Shown here piece after piece: positions 1-12,136 of a stretch of DNA of 64,000 nucleotides. The notes under the pieces were generated by a model, which worked only from the letters and a program-made list of their open reading frames with translations, was not told the origin of the DNA and did no database searches. The stretch covers positions 42,408,001 to 42,472,000 of the forward strand of contig OZ241833.1 of the NCBI GenBank assembly GCA_965202585.1, in the 5' to 3' direction. The stretch's first letter is position 1; every line of letters starts with the position of its first letter. The position numbers were made by a program, and so were the translations under genes. This DNA comes from Thalia democratica. Its lineage: Eukaryota.

Positions 1-163
1 TAAAGTGCAAAAACAGCACAGCCTCAATATCTCCCTCAGTCTCTAGCAAACCGTTCAAGAGTAAATAAAACGCGAAATTTTCGATTCCACACAAGTTGTA
101 ATGGAGTGTTCAAAAAACAGTGTAAAAGAACAGTGTCTCACTTGTTTTTTTTTCAAACTACAG

Positions 164-3100
164 AGGAGGTACTCATAAAAGACGAACACCATCGGAATAT
201 TTCAAAGATTTTCGACTAGAGGACAAAAAGTTGAAGACAATATTAAAAGAGTAATCGAAATTGTGTTTGTTTGTATTGAAAACACAATTAGGTGTATCAT
301 TTTTGTTTTAAACAGTGTAACCTGTAAACGACAATTTTTTTTTTTGTTTTTTTTCAAACTAACAGAAACAAGAAAATAATTAAAACTAAAGGAGATTTTT
401 TAAAAGAGCTTCAAGTTGAATACGAAAATTTGGAGAAAGAAACTGAAAAGTAAATTAAATTGTGTTTGTTTTTTTTATATAAACAATCAAATATAATTTT
501 TCATTTAATGTTTTTATCTCCAAATTATAGAGAAAACGAAGTACCTAAAACTACAGGAGAATCTTCCAAACCGCTTCAAGTTGCATTTGAAAATTTAGTG
601 AAAAAAACTGAAAAGTAATTAAAATTGTGTTTGTTTTCTTTGTGAACACAATTAGATTAATTTTTCTTTCTTGTTTTTTTTTTCCAAATAATAGGGAGAA
701 TGAAGTACCTAAAACTACAGGAGAACCTTTTAAACAGCTTCAAGTTGAATTTGAAAATTTGGAGAAAGAGACTGAAAAGTAAATGAAATTGTGTTTTTTT
801 GTTTGTTTTTAATAAACACAATTTAATATAATTTTTCTTTCTTGTTTTTTTCCAATTAATAGAGAAAAAGAAGTACCTAAAACTACAGCAGAACCTTTTA
901 AACAGCTTCAAGTTGAATTTGAAAATTTGGAGAAAGAGACTGAAAAGTAAATGAAATTGTGTTTTTTTTGTTTGTTTTTTATAAACACAATTTAATATAA
1001 TTTTTCTTTCTTGTTTTTTTCCAAATAATAGAGAAAAAGAAGTACCTAAAACTACAGCAGAACCTTTTAAGCAGCTTCAAGTTGAATTTGAAAATTTGGA
1101 GAAAGAGACTGAAAAGTATTTGAAATTGTGTTTTTTTTGTTTGTTTTTTATAAACACAATTTAGTATAATTTTTCTTTTTTTTGTTTTTTTTTTAAATAA
1201 TAGGGAGAATGAAGTACCTAAAACTACAGGAGAATTTTTCAAAGCAAATCAAGTTGAATTTGAAAATTTGGAGAAAGAGACTGAAAAGTAAATGAAATTG
1301 TGTTTTTTTTTATAAACACAATTTAATATAAATTTTCTTTCTTGTTTTTTATCCAAATAATAGGGAAAATGAAGTACCTAAAACTACAGGAGAATCTTTC
1401 AAACCGCTTCAAGTTGAATTTGAAAATTCGGAGAAAGAAACTGAAAAGTAATTGAAATTGTGTTTGATTTCATATAAACACAATTAAATTTAATATTTCT
1501 TTCAACACAATTAAATATAATTTTTTTTATGCACTTTTTGTTGCAAACTTTCAACAGTTAAACATCGGTTATAGGAATTAAAAATTAAAAACATTTTTGC
1601 ATGAAATTTCAATTTGTTAAGGTTAAAAACAATTAAATGTATACTTTTTTCTAATATTAGATGAGCTAGAGGGTATGATAGTAATTGTATAACACAGTAT
1701 ACATGAATTTTAATTATATTTGTTGTATAGGGTCTTAGTAAATCACTCAGTGCATGTTTTAGAACTGGAAAGTTATAGTTATGAAGCGTATTTGGTATCT
1801 GGTAAACAGCAAAGAAACTTGAATAATAATTTTTCTAAAGTTGCTTACCAATTTTGATATAATTTTTAATATAAACCAATTAAAATCATTTAGGTGATTT
1901 TTTCTTGCTTGTAATAGCAATGGTCAACAATAAACAGAAAATCGTATCTTAAACCCGTACCATCAGTACTAGACTTGTGCTTTCCATCTTTTCAAAGTTG
2001 ATTTTTCTTTTTTGCTGACATCAGCATTATTTCAATATGAACCATAAATTTTTGCTCTCATCAGCATTATTCAAACATGAATCCATACATTTTCGCTGAC
2101 ATCAGCATTACTCCAACATGAACCCATACATTTTTGCTGACATCAGCAATCTCCACATATTTTTGCTGACATCAGCAGTCTCCACATATTTTTGCTGACA
2201 TCAGCAATTTAATTTCAGGAAGCAGCAGATCAACAAGACGGTGATCCAGCAGCAGGAGGCGGCCAAGCTGCAGGCGGCCATCACCGCGTTCAAGGAAGAA
2301 GAAGAGGAGGAAGACGACCGCCAGGGAGCACAAACGAAGCAGGGTGAGGAGGTTGCGGGCGGGAAGGCGGAAGAGAAGGAGGAGAAGTCGCCGCAGAGCA
2401 GGAAGGAGAGGAAGGTGGAGAGGAAGAAGGAAAAGCCCGCGCCTTTCAAACCGGTGAGGAATTTTTGTTGTTTGTTATTTAAATAACTTCAATTTAGGCT
2501 TTGTTCCTGCCAAAAATATCTAGACAACAAAAAATTCAGCAAAAAATTAATTGATGTTTTAATGGAACTTTTATGTTTTGATTTAAAAAGTTTTTGTTTG
2601 AAACAATTGATAATGGTAATCGTTTGATCAATATTGATTGTATTAATATGTCTTAACCGTATTATTATGTCTAAATATGACATGTTTATTTTGAAATTGT
2701 CATCTTGATTTAGTGTTTGAATTTGGTTAAGGTGATCGGTACTTTAGTAGTAAAGTAGGGGTTAGCATAGTCAAAGGTAAAATAAAAACAGGTATTGTTC
2801 ACAACCATTTCTAGTTTAGTTTTTGTTATTAAAATCAATGTTTTAAAAAATACTTCCAATAAAAAATGCATTAGTTAATTCTTAACTTTAATAAATAAAA
2901 GTTACTCCTCAGTTTTAAGCCCGACAATAAAGATAAAGTTTTTTCGTTAACCTATACTTATTAACTACAATGTTTAATCTATGTATCCTAAGTCAATCCC
3001 TTTACACAGTTTCCACTAAACACCAACCTCAAGTTCTCAGTTTTAGAAATAAATGTTGACCTTAACTACCATGACAACAATTACCTTAACAACCAACTGA

Positions 3101-3208
3101 TATTAACCATGACAACAGTCGGAGCTGAAGATCACCCACAACGGAGTAACGGTCACCTTCATAGACCTGCCGCCGGTGAAGAAGAGGAAAAGGCCCTACC
3201 ATTACTAG
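164..3208 (+). CDS. 3' part of a spliced gene of unknown function: 28-aa acidic tandem repeats (one per exon), Q/E/K-rich helical region, C-terminal NLS-like PPVKKRKRP
   Basis: Exons with AG/GT ends and matching phases: 164(or 166)-250 (GGTHKRRTPSEYFKDFRLEDKKLKTILK); seven 84-bp phase 2-2 exons at 366-449, 531-614, 695-778, 863-946, 1032-1115, 1204-1287, 1364-1447; 2219-2453 (phase 2 to 0; KQQINKTVIQQQEAAKLQAAITAFKEEEEEEDD...KPAPFKP); 3119-3208 (SELKITHNGVTVTFIDLPPVKKRKRPYHY*). A further exon probably ends at 60 (GTAAAT donor; frame KCKNSTASISPSVSSKPFK) and joins in frame if the AG at 164-165 is the acceptor. The 5' end lies outside the window. Confidence 0.75.
366..1447 (+). repeat. Tandem array of 7 exon+intron units (period about 160-172 bp)
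   Basis: GTACCTAAAACTACAG recurs at 541, 705, 873, 1042, 1214 and 1374, with a diverged first copy near 380. Each unit is an 84-bp exon plus a T-rich intron of about 80 bp. Confidence 0.95.
2008..2206. repeat. Six-copy array of the near-palindrome TGCTGACATCAGCA just upstream of a 3' splice site
   Basis: Four exact TGCTGACATCAGCA copies (first 2013-2026, last 2193-2206) and two variants, spaced about 30-42 bp. The array ends 12 nt before the acceptor AG at 2217-2218. Confidence 0.9.
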
Positions 3209-4290
3209 GAAGGGCGCCACCTAACCAACGCTACCACGCCACGAGATTGTAAACTTTTTTAATCGCCTGGAGTTGAAAAAAAGTTGTTTCTTTTGAATTG
3301 TGCTGAAAATTTGTTTGTTTAAGGTTTCAGTTGAAGTTTTCCAAAAATTTAAAAGTATAAAAGTAAAGGTTATAAATAATTTTATTTAGTCTATGTTTGG
3401 TTTGTCTATGAACTGATGTTATAAAATTTCAAAGTATAATTTTAGAAATAAAGAAATTAAAAAAGTTAAACAAATAGTTCCATTTTTGCTGAACTTAATG
3501 TATTAATAAAAATGTAAAACAAATATTTATTTTGATGTTTAGATGTAGTTAGTAGTTGTCCGTCTAGTTTTTATATATTTTATTGGACTATTTATATTCG
3601 TTTTTTATATTACTTTAAAAAAAAACATCCACCTCTAATGTCAAGTTGTGCTTATAAAAAATGTATGTACATTTAAAAAAAGTAAGAAATAAATATTTTA
3701 AACTTAAGTCTGGCCTTTTATTGAGATTATAAGTAAAATTTTGAGTCGAAAAATTATTTTTGTTTAATTGACTTTCTTTAATATGATAATAACTTAAATA
3801 TTTCTCAAAAAACTCTCGAACAATTATTATTTTTTTGTTTCAGTAAAATATCTTTAAATTTTAAAAAAGTATAAGTACATCAGATTGATAGTTTTTATTT
3901 TAATTGTACATTACATACTACCTTGCTTTATTACTAATAAATTATAAAATTAATTTGTTTTTGTGTTTTTTTTGTTTTAAGTATATACAGTACATATAAA
4001 ATTAGGTTACATAAATTTAAGCTAAGTTTACTGAGTTAAAGCAACTCAAAAAGTTATTAAATACTTCAAAAAAAAAAAGAAACAAGTTTATTTAAGCTGA
4101 TGAACTTTTGAAATCGTTCCCAACAAAACATGTTAAAAAAGCTGTTTTGAAAATTTGAAGGTTTGTTTAAATAATTAACATGAAAATTATATTTGTATTT
4201 TTTTTGCCTCAAAAGTACTAACAAGCTTGTGCATATCTGTTTCATTGCCGTCAAATAAGTTAAAATTAAGTGTTAAGTCTTTATTATTAC

Positions 4291-4663
4291 CAGGGTTGCC
4301 ACTTTACCTGGAAACCTGGAAAGCTCTTGAAAAACCTGGAATTCGAGAATTTAGGCAAAAATAACCTGGAAAAACCTGGAGTTTTTAATAATTTTAACAT
4401 TTTCAGTACTAAAATTTCAATTTGACACAAAAAATCAACAAATAAATAAGATTTTTTTGTCATCATCAAAAAATTTTTTTATTAAAAAACACAATTAAAG
4501 TAACTTTACAGTATGTTTTAAATATTTTTATACTATTTAACACAGTTTCTTTTATAGAAATTAACTTAAAACTAAAAATAGACCCAAAAATGTTTACTTT
4601 TAAAAACCTGGAAGAAATTTAGATAACCTGGAAAAAATTTTGAAAAAACGAGTGGCAACCCTG
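4291..4663. mobile_element. Non-autonomous TIR DNA transposon (MITE), hAT-like termini
   Basis: Perfect 13-bp TIRs: CAGGGTTGCCACT (4291-4303) and AGTGGCAACCCTG (4651-4663). Seven subterminal ACCTGGA motifs. Flanks TTATTAC/TTCTTAC match only imperfectly, so there is no clean 8-bp TSD. Confidence 0.8.
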
Positions 4664-6393
4664 TTCTTACTCACCACAAGTGGTATCGCTCACAGCTTGA
4701 AAAATTTCATTTAAAACATTTTAAGATTAAATTTTATAGCAGCCCCATATCAGGCACTACCAATGGCAGTTACGCACAAAAGTTCAGGTGGTACGAAATG
4801 ACCTCGGCTTTATAAAACTCATAAAGTGTTTCTCAAAACATTTAACCGTTCGTAGTTGTTCTTTTTAGTATTTTTATATAAAGAAGTTTGATAATCTTTT
4901 ATATACGGCTAAAAACTCTTTGTAGTTTACTTGAAATAATAACCTTGTCTAAATACTTAAATCTTTCACTTTGTTTAATTTGTATACTTTTGTTTTTGCT
5001 TTTATTATATTAATTTCCCGACATTTTAGCCATGCTACGCCCTTGACGTTTTATAACTATTAATATTTATAATAAAAAAAACTCTGTTAAGTTTTTCAGT
5101 ACCAATCAACATTTATTTTTCCATTATTTACAATATATTTATACACATTCATTAAATGCAATTGAGTAAAAAAAATAAAATTTATTTAGATGTATACTTA
5201 AAGTACAATTTTTATAGTTTTAATTTTTTCTTAAGTTTTTTTTAGTTTGAAAACACTACAGGTTTTATGAAACTGAATAAACTTTGAAGTTATTTTTCTG
5301 TACTGGAAATATACATAAATTTTGAGTTTATTTGTAGCATGAAGTATTTTTTATTTTAGAAACTTTATTTTAATGATTGCGTAGGGAAGTTTCAGTTATG
5401 CAATTACCATTTTGTGACAACAAAAAGCGTAGTTGTTTAACTTGATAAAAATGCTATGTTTTTAATAATATTATTACATGTATTTTTGTTCGGCTAACCA
5501 AAAGCTCAAAAATTTCTTTTTTATTGTAAGCTTTTATTTTTACAAACCTGAACTGTGATAAGACTTGTAAACTATCTAATGTTTCGGTGTGAAAGTACAG
5601 TACTATAAAAAACACTGCATACATCATTTTGAATTACATATTTTTTATTATCTCAACTACAATCGTTAGTCACAGTTACTTGCAGTTGTAATAGAAAATG
5701 GCGACTATGGCGACCTGAGAAAATGTAGCCTGATAATGTTTTAAAAGGTAAAACCATCAAGTTTCTTCTTGAGAACTCTCCAATTTAAATTTGTAACAGA
5801 GTTTGCTAATGTTGCAAAGCGTTTGTTTGTTTTTAATCGTGCTCAACTCTGATTGAATTCTGACAAATGTGACTCTATAAACTCTACGTTGTCTTCGTGC
5901 AAGCATATTTGCCAACTCTTAGTGTTCTACTTGACCCTGATCTGTTGAAAAAAACTATTAATTTTACACTGTGCACTTACTTAATTTTTTTTTTGTTATT
6001 CTTTACAATAGGTATACACATTTAATTTGAATTTGATTATAATGTCTTGCATTATCATATAATTTTAGTTATCCATCGTCTTATTTTTATTTTATTTTGC
6101 AGGCCTGAAGATCCCTTAGGAGTGAAACGTCGTTGCCTTTGTGTAAATAAATTTAATATTATTCTTTACAATAGAAGTTAAAACCTTCTCAGTCAACGGG
6201 CTTGATTTATCTGAAAATTCTTTTTGGAATTTTGCAGGCGTGTTATAAAACGAATTTTGTTTTAGAAGTTTTCGAAAATACAACGATTTTATTTCAAACC
6301 CTGACACGCACGGTTGTAATAAAATGAAAGTTTAATAAGTAATACTGGTACGTAAAACTTAATTAATAAAAAACAAAAGCTAATTTGAAAGTT

Positions 6394-6520
6394 TAAAGCT
6401 CAGTGTTTGTTGTCATCAAGCTGAAAAGTTCTTCGCGCACCAGAGCTTTTTGCTTGGCCTCTGACCATGTTAACCCAGCGGTCTGTACGTTTCCCATCCG
6501 TAACCAATGGTTATGTTCCA
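6394..6520 (-). mobile_element. 3' remnant of an RTE-like non-LTR retrotransposon ORF
   Basis: The minus frame reads HNHWLRMGNVQTAGLTWSEAKQKALVREELFSL, resembling the ...glTW.ea...A.dR..W C-terminal motif of RTE-clade reverse transcriptases. Confidence 0.5.
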
Positions 6521-7944
6521 GATAATGACCAAACAAAGTTAGATAAACAATTTCACTTTTATTAACTTTAAGTTCAACTAACTTTGTTATAGAAAAGGGG
6601 TGTGAAACTTAGGGCATGTAGGTAAAACCCGCTTAATAACTATTAATAATAAAAGTTTGTATTAAACAAATTAAATGAAAAATTGCCAAGTAAAAGTTTC
6701 AAGTAAGTTTTAAACTAATTTGTTTTTTGAACAACAAAAAAAAAATTAAAAGTTAAATCACACAGTTTAACTGAAATCTTATGATAAGAATCAGAATTTC
6801 TACTTTATGCATTTAATAAACCAGAAAATTTAAAGGTTTTTTAGTAAGGTACTATATTACTAAAGAAAGTTTATTAAGAATTTAAAGACCTAAGTAAAAA
6901 TATTTTCAAATGCTTCTCTTTATTGATCAAAAAATAAGTTAACAAATACCAATAAAAAGCAAGTAAAGGTTTACATTTGGGTCTTTATTAGCTTTTTGTA
7001 AATTTTATAGCAACAAAAAATACTTATAAATGTTTATACACCCACATTATAAACAAGTTTAAAAACAAACCGAAACTGTAGATTTGTTTTTGCTGGATGA
7101 CCAACTTGTGTCTTTTTCAAGAAACTTATGTTATAAGTCAAATATGTTGTTGTTTTATAAAAAAAACTTTTTTTAAACATAAACTATTTTTGCTATTTTA
7201 AATTAATTTGATCAGGATCTATATTTGAAATCAAAATCAGGCCTAACTTTGGTCTTTAAGCTAGGATCCGGCCGGAAGCGTGTCCTTGTTGAAAATGCCG
7301 GATTTAGCTAGATTCGTATTACGTATCCTAAATATGACAAATTTTATCAAGAAATTTAACTTTTTAACAAGGTGAAACAACTTTTGTTAATATTGTGTTA
7401 TAAAAAACTGTTTTTCTTTTTTAATTTGTTACTCAATTTAACTAAAATCCTAAGACAACGATCAGAATTTTTAGTTCAAACATTTAATAAACTAAAAATT
7501 TGTTAATGATATATTTTTAAGTAGGGCTATATATTCAAAGTAAGTTTATTAACTTTAGGATTTAAAGAAAAAAAAAAATTAAAATTATATTATCAAAAGT
7601 ATCAGTAAAAAGATTCGAACAAACTAAGAGCTTGGGTTTGTACAAAAAATTCAGCCTGTTTTGTTAGTCTTGGACAAAGAACCTTAATAATTCTTTATAA
7701 ATTTAAATCGTTCCGTAGCTTATTAATAGTTCTTCTTGTTGAGCATGTCTTGTTATTTCAAACTGGCTGTTAAAACTTGAAAAATTTTGGTGGTGGTTGA
7801 GTTTTTTGATACGATTAAGTGCATCGCTGTTTTTGTTAGTCATTTGTGCTTTAGTGCGTGATTGAAGCATCGCCTTTTGGTTGCTACTTGTAATCAACTT
7901 TGAGCACAACATTTTAAGTTAAACGAAGAAACGTTTGTTGAGTA

Positions 7945-8145
7945 CTCAACGTTAACAATTCTCAATGTCTGGCAACCCTACTCCCAAGAACAATGAGTAT
8001 GGCTGACAGTTTTAATATACATTTTATTTTTGATTTTATTTTTGAAAGTTTGTTAAGTACTCAGCGTTAATAATTCTTAATGTATGGCAACCCTATTCCC
8101 AAGAACAATGAAAATGCTATATGGCTGACAGTTTTAATATACAAC
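7945..8145. repeat. Two-copy tandem duplication (about 115 bp period)
   Basis: GTACTCA(A/G)CGTTAA..AATTCT.AATGT.TGGCAACCCTA.TCCCAAGAACAATGA...TATGGCTGACAGTTTTAATATACA occurs twice. Confidence 0.85.
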
Positions 8146-8866
8146 CTTACTTTTTGATTTAAAGTTGTAGCTTGAGATTGAAACTTTTAGTTTTAAACAA
8201 ACAAACGTTTGCCAAATACTCAGTATTTAGTTAGCAAATCAATCTTTTTTCAATGAAAAAGTTAAATTGATAAGAATATACATAGATTTTTGGAGTATAA
8301 ATTAGTTTTTCACAGAAACTTAAGAAGTCTTATAAAACTAGTTTTAATTATAAAAGCATTATGTAAAGATCAAGTTAGTTTTATAACTTTACTAAGAGTT
8401 TTATTCATTAGTTTAATAAATAATTAAAACATATATTGGTCAGAAGTGCCCTCACCTGTTATGTACAAGAGCATCTAGTAACTTTAAAAAAAATCCAACC
8501 AGTCAAATTCGAGAACCACTTACCGATCGAGGGTAAGGGTTAGTGGTAACAGTGACAGTGAAGGAACAAAATAAAATAAATGCAAAAGTATATAAAATGA
8601 ATTAACAAATAAAGAAAAAAACTGGTGGATTTTAATTGGGTGAATTTTGATAGTTTACCGCTTTCGAGAATTGTCTAGCTGCTGTGATCAATGTTCGTTC
8701 AAGATAAGATGTTAAACAAGTCTTAGAAAGCTAGTTTAGAAGTACTTAACTTAACCTTTCATTGGAACTTTCATTTCAAAATGCTCCTTGTTTTGTACGA
8801 GTTTATTTTCAGCTAACTTTTTAAACACATATTTTAATTTCAGAATCAAATAACAACAAACTATTA

Positions 8867-9598
8867 CAGTAGACTACAGCTTAAGTACTCACTTTTTTTG
8901 GTACACACCCCACCTTAAGTACGCACTTATCCAAAACGACAAAAAAAAATTATAACTTTTTTATATAATTTTTTTATAAATTTTTAGACATTTATACGAA
9001 ATTTAAATAAACAAATAACCTGAATAATTACTTTCACAGATTTTTTGTGAGAAAACAGTCCTGAAACGTTTTTCTTTCAAATAAAAAAAATCAAACACTT
9101 TTTAGCTAATGGAAAATTATAATAAATGTGTTCTACTTTCTAAATTAAATGTTTAATAAAAATCTCAACTGTAAATAACAAAACTAGGTATATTCTAAAC
9201 CGAAACAATTTAGCAAATAACAGAAAAATGGTTTTAAGAATAAATAAAACTAAACTTAGCTTGACTAGCAGTCTATTCAGAATAAAAAAAAATCTTAGCT
9301 CTACTTCATCATATCAAAAAGTGTGAGTTGCTTGGTTTTCTTTCTGTGCGAGCCCTGCTCAGATAATGCTGCTTTGTTTAGCAAACGTTAATACTTTTCA
9401 TGGGTGCTTTTTAGCTTGTGATAGAGCTCAGGATTTAAAATAATAAGACTTGTTTATTTGGCTTAATTATTTGGTGGCTAGTTGTAAGAAAGAAAACAAA
9501 CAACTAAGTATCATAATATACTATGTCATCAAAGAGTACGCACTAAGTATGCACTTTTTGCTCGGGTTCAATTTGCGTACTTAAGCGGTAGTCTACTG
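8867..9598. mobile_element. pogo/Tigger-type (Tc1/mariner superfamily) non-autonomous element with TA TSD
   Basis: TA|CAGTAGACTACAGCTTAAGTAC at 8867 and GTACTTAAGCGGTAGTCTACTG|TA ending 9598: 22-bp TIRs with 1 mismatch and TA on both sides. An internal minus frame ends ...RKKTKQLTLFDMMK* at 9301. Confidence 0.85.
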
Positions 9599-9708
9599 TA
9601 GTTTTATTTTCATCATTAAACTAAAAGTCTACTTTAAACTACATTTGATATTAAATTAAATATATCCAAGTTTTTAATAAAACAAATAAAAACGACTACT
9701 CCTTAGTT

Positions 9709-10044
9709 CACAGGGGTCGGTAAACTGCGGCCCGCGGGCAAAACGCCCTCATAGTCCAAATCTGCGGCCTGCGAAGTTCTTTCAGCACAGAACACATATA
9801 TAAAAAAGTAATAAGAAAAAAACTATAACAAAAAATTATAATTAGTGTCACAGTTTAGTAGTTATTCATTACTAACACTCTACTAATGCTTATTTTATCA
9901 CATTTCTTATTCAAAAAAGTATTTCTATGCCAATTCTTACAACTATTTTGAAAATACTTACAAGCATACAGAAAATATTTTTTTTAAGTGCGGCCCGCGA
10001 GTAGAAAAATTTCCCCGCGACTACTAAAAGGCTGCTGTCCCCTG
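9709..10044. mobile_element. hAT (Charlie-like) MITE with 8-bp TSD
   Basis: Left end CAGGGGTCGGTAAACTGCGGCCCGCGGGC (9711), right end GTCCCCTG (10044), internal TGCGGCCCGCG repeated. CCTTAGTT is duplicated at 9701-9708 and 10045-10052, with an extra CA at the left junction. Confidence 0.85.
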
Positions 10045-11406
10045 CCTTAGTTTATAATATAATAACTAATTTGGTTTTGACAAAGCAAACAAATAATATA
10101 ATTTAAAATTGGCAGGTGTCTAGCTAGTGATATTTAATCTAAATATTTACAAATATTCTAGAAATATTACAACGCGATATAAAGTAGTACAAAGTACTTT
10201 AAACTCGATAACGTTTAATCATTACGAATACAAAGAATTATTTTTTACCAACTAATATATAAAAATATTGTAACATTTAATTTATCAAGTTAAATTTGGA
10301 GTCTGTTGTTTAAACTTTTTCGATATTTAATGTTTTGTCAATCGTTTTAAATAAACTGTTTTAAGACCTGATGATGTTTTCAGAAATTCGCAATAAATTA
10401 AAGTCAGTAATTAAAGAGTCGAGTAATTGATTACAACAACTTGGAAGTTTTTATAAACCAAATTTATCTGATTTAAGTTTTAATGTGCGATAATTCTTTA
10501 TTATTACTTTTTAGTAAGTATTATTTTTTTAATAAAACTATGTATTTTTAAGAACTTTTATTTGTAGTTGATCTTTTGTAAGTAAGAAGGTAAACATAAT
10601 TGAAAAAAAAGTATTTTACAAAAAATCTACAAAATTAATTCAAAGAAATTTACTTGTTGTAAGCTTATTGATCTACATTAAAGTGAAAGTTGAGTAATGG
10701 TTTTAAAAGTTAATTCGTTTCATTAACTTCTTAGTTGTAGTAAGTACCATTTCATTGCAACTATCACGTATTTTTACTGTATAGAGTCTAAACTACTTCA
10801 AGCTTATTTAAAGTTAAAAACACATATACCTTTTTAAACTTTTATAGTTCTAACGAGGTAGAAGTTTAAAAAAAATTTATTTATAATAAAAGAAAGAAAC
10901 ACAAACTAAACAATTGCAAAAAGAATAGGCTAAAATTTCAAGGCCAGCTTAAAATTTTACAATTAAATATACAGTGTAAAATTTTGAATCTAATTTAGAT
11001 AAATACAACACTACAAATTATAAAAATGCGTGATTAAAAAAGTTTGTTTATATAGCTTTTATAAAAATAAACAATACTTTAGCTAAAGAAATACTTTTGT
11101 CCAAGTTAAGACAATTCATTTAGGTAAAATAATCTTAGATTATTTATTAAGAAAACACATATATATATTCGAAATCTACAAGTATTTAATTTTATAATAA
11201 AAATCGTAATCGCACAATCTAATTATTAATTTTTATAGTTCAAGTAAGAAGTTATATAACTTCCTTAACTTTTAACAATTGGTTTACGATGTGAGAATTT
11301 TAGTGAAAAGCTTATTTTTCTTAACAAAATAAATTAAGTTAAATAGATTGAGAAACGTTGTTTTTCTGATTACTTCAATTTGCACAGACCACTTTGTCAA
11401 TTTACT

Positions 11407-11525
11407 ATTCAGAAAAAAAAAAGATTTAATTTGATCTCAATCTTCGGTCGAGCAAATAAAATCAAATAACTTCAAAATCGAATCAAACGAAATCAAACGA
11501 GATTAAATCTTTTTCTTTCTGTAAT
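11407..11525. repeat. Short imperfect inverted repeat (possible mini-MITE)
   Basis: ATTCAGAAAAAAAAAAGATTTAAT ... ATTAAATCTTTTTCTTTCTGTAAT, with internal AAATC(G)AA repeats. Confidence 0.5.
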
Positions 11526-11718
11526 CTCCCTACTGCAACCCTGATAAGTGCCTTTGAAATTGAATTTGTAGCCGAATTTATCAGAAAAAGGGGGCAGAAA
11601 AGCAACTGTTTCTGTCCACTTTAAGCTCATTTTGCTGTCTATTTCAAGCTAAATTTATCTTACTCACCGTTCTTACAATCAGTCAGGGTTCACTGAAAGT
11701 GGGGTCCGTTTTTAAGGG

Positions 11719-11741
11719 TAATCCCATGGGGATTAGGATTA
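11719..11741. promoter_or_regulatory. Cluster of three K50-homeodomain (Otx/Pitx-type) TAATCC/GGATTA sites; candidate enhancer
   Basis: TAATCC 11719-11724, GGATTA 11730-11735 and GGATTA 11736-11741, inside a locally GC-richer non-coding patch (about 11530-11830) that also has GATA-type motifs. Confidence 0.35.
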
Positions 11742-12136
11742 GCAACAAGCAGGTCTTGTGGGAACGTGACACTATCAGCTGTCAGGATTTGTTTCTCGGT
11801 GTGGCGAAAATGGCTTTTTTATCTGACGGAGTTTGAAGCACTAGAGATGCGCTTTCGCTGACTTACGTGTTTCTCGGTATGTTCTTTTTAGATCTCGCCG
11901 CTTTTTCGTATGAGTCACCGAAGAAATCCGAACCGCTTTGTCGAACATCAGTCAAAAAAATCTTCTTTTCTGTAACATTGACAAACGTTTCATTCTTTTG
12001 TTTCGTTAAAAAAGTAATTATTTCTCATCTCAAAAAAATCTTCTATGTTTTTTTTACGAATTCTCTGCATTTTTGTATAAAAAATGTGTCTCATCGATCA
12101 GTTTGCAAACTCGTCATTACAAATTGTTTTATGACG

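Noticed and set aside
657-1242. Minus-strand ORFs 657-911 and 979-1242
   Set aside because: Antisense shadows of the exon/intron array; F/K-rich low complexity. The + strand has the splice signals and conserved frame.
366-2206. CRISPR-like reading of the regularly spaced repeats
   Set aside because: The spacers are themselves homologous, the context is a eukaryotic intron, and no cas genes are present.
2201-2449. Minus ORF of 82 aa
   Set aside because: Antisense to the GC3-rich exon 2219-2453.
4665-4790. Exon-like patches (minus 21-nt VSDTTC micro-exon; plus 48-nt AG...GT segment)
   Set aside because: They could not be linked in phase to any gene model and are too short to support.
5650-5940. 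Degenerate coding-like minus-strand stretch, vaguely like a hAT transposase C-terminus
   Set aside because: Multiple stops and no unambiguous motif.
7703-7912. 69-aa minus ORF with ATG
   Set aside because: No recognisable domain or splice links; cannot be distinguished from chance.
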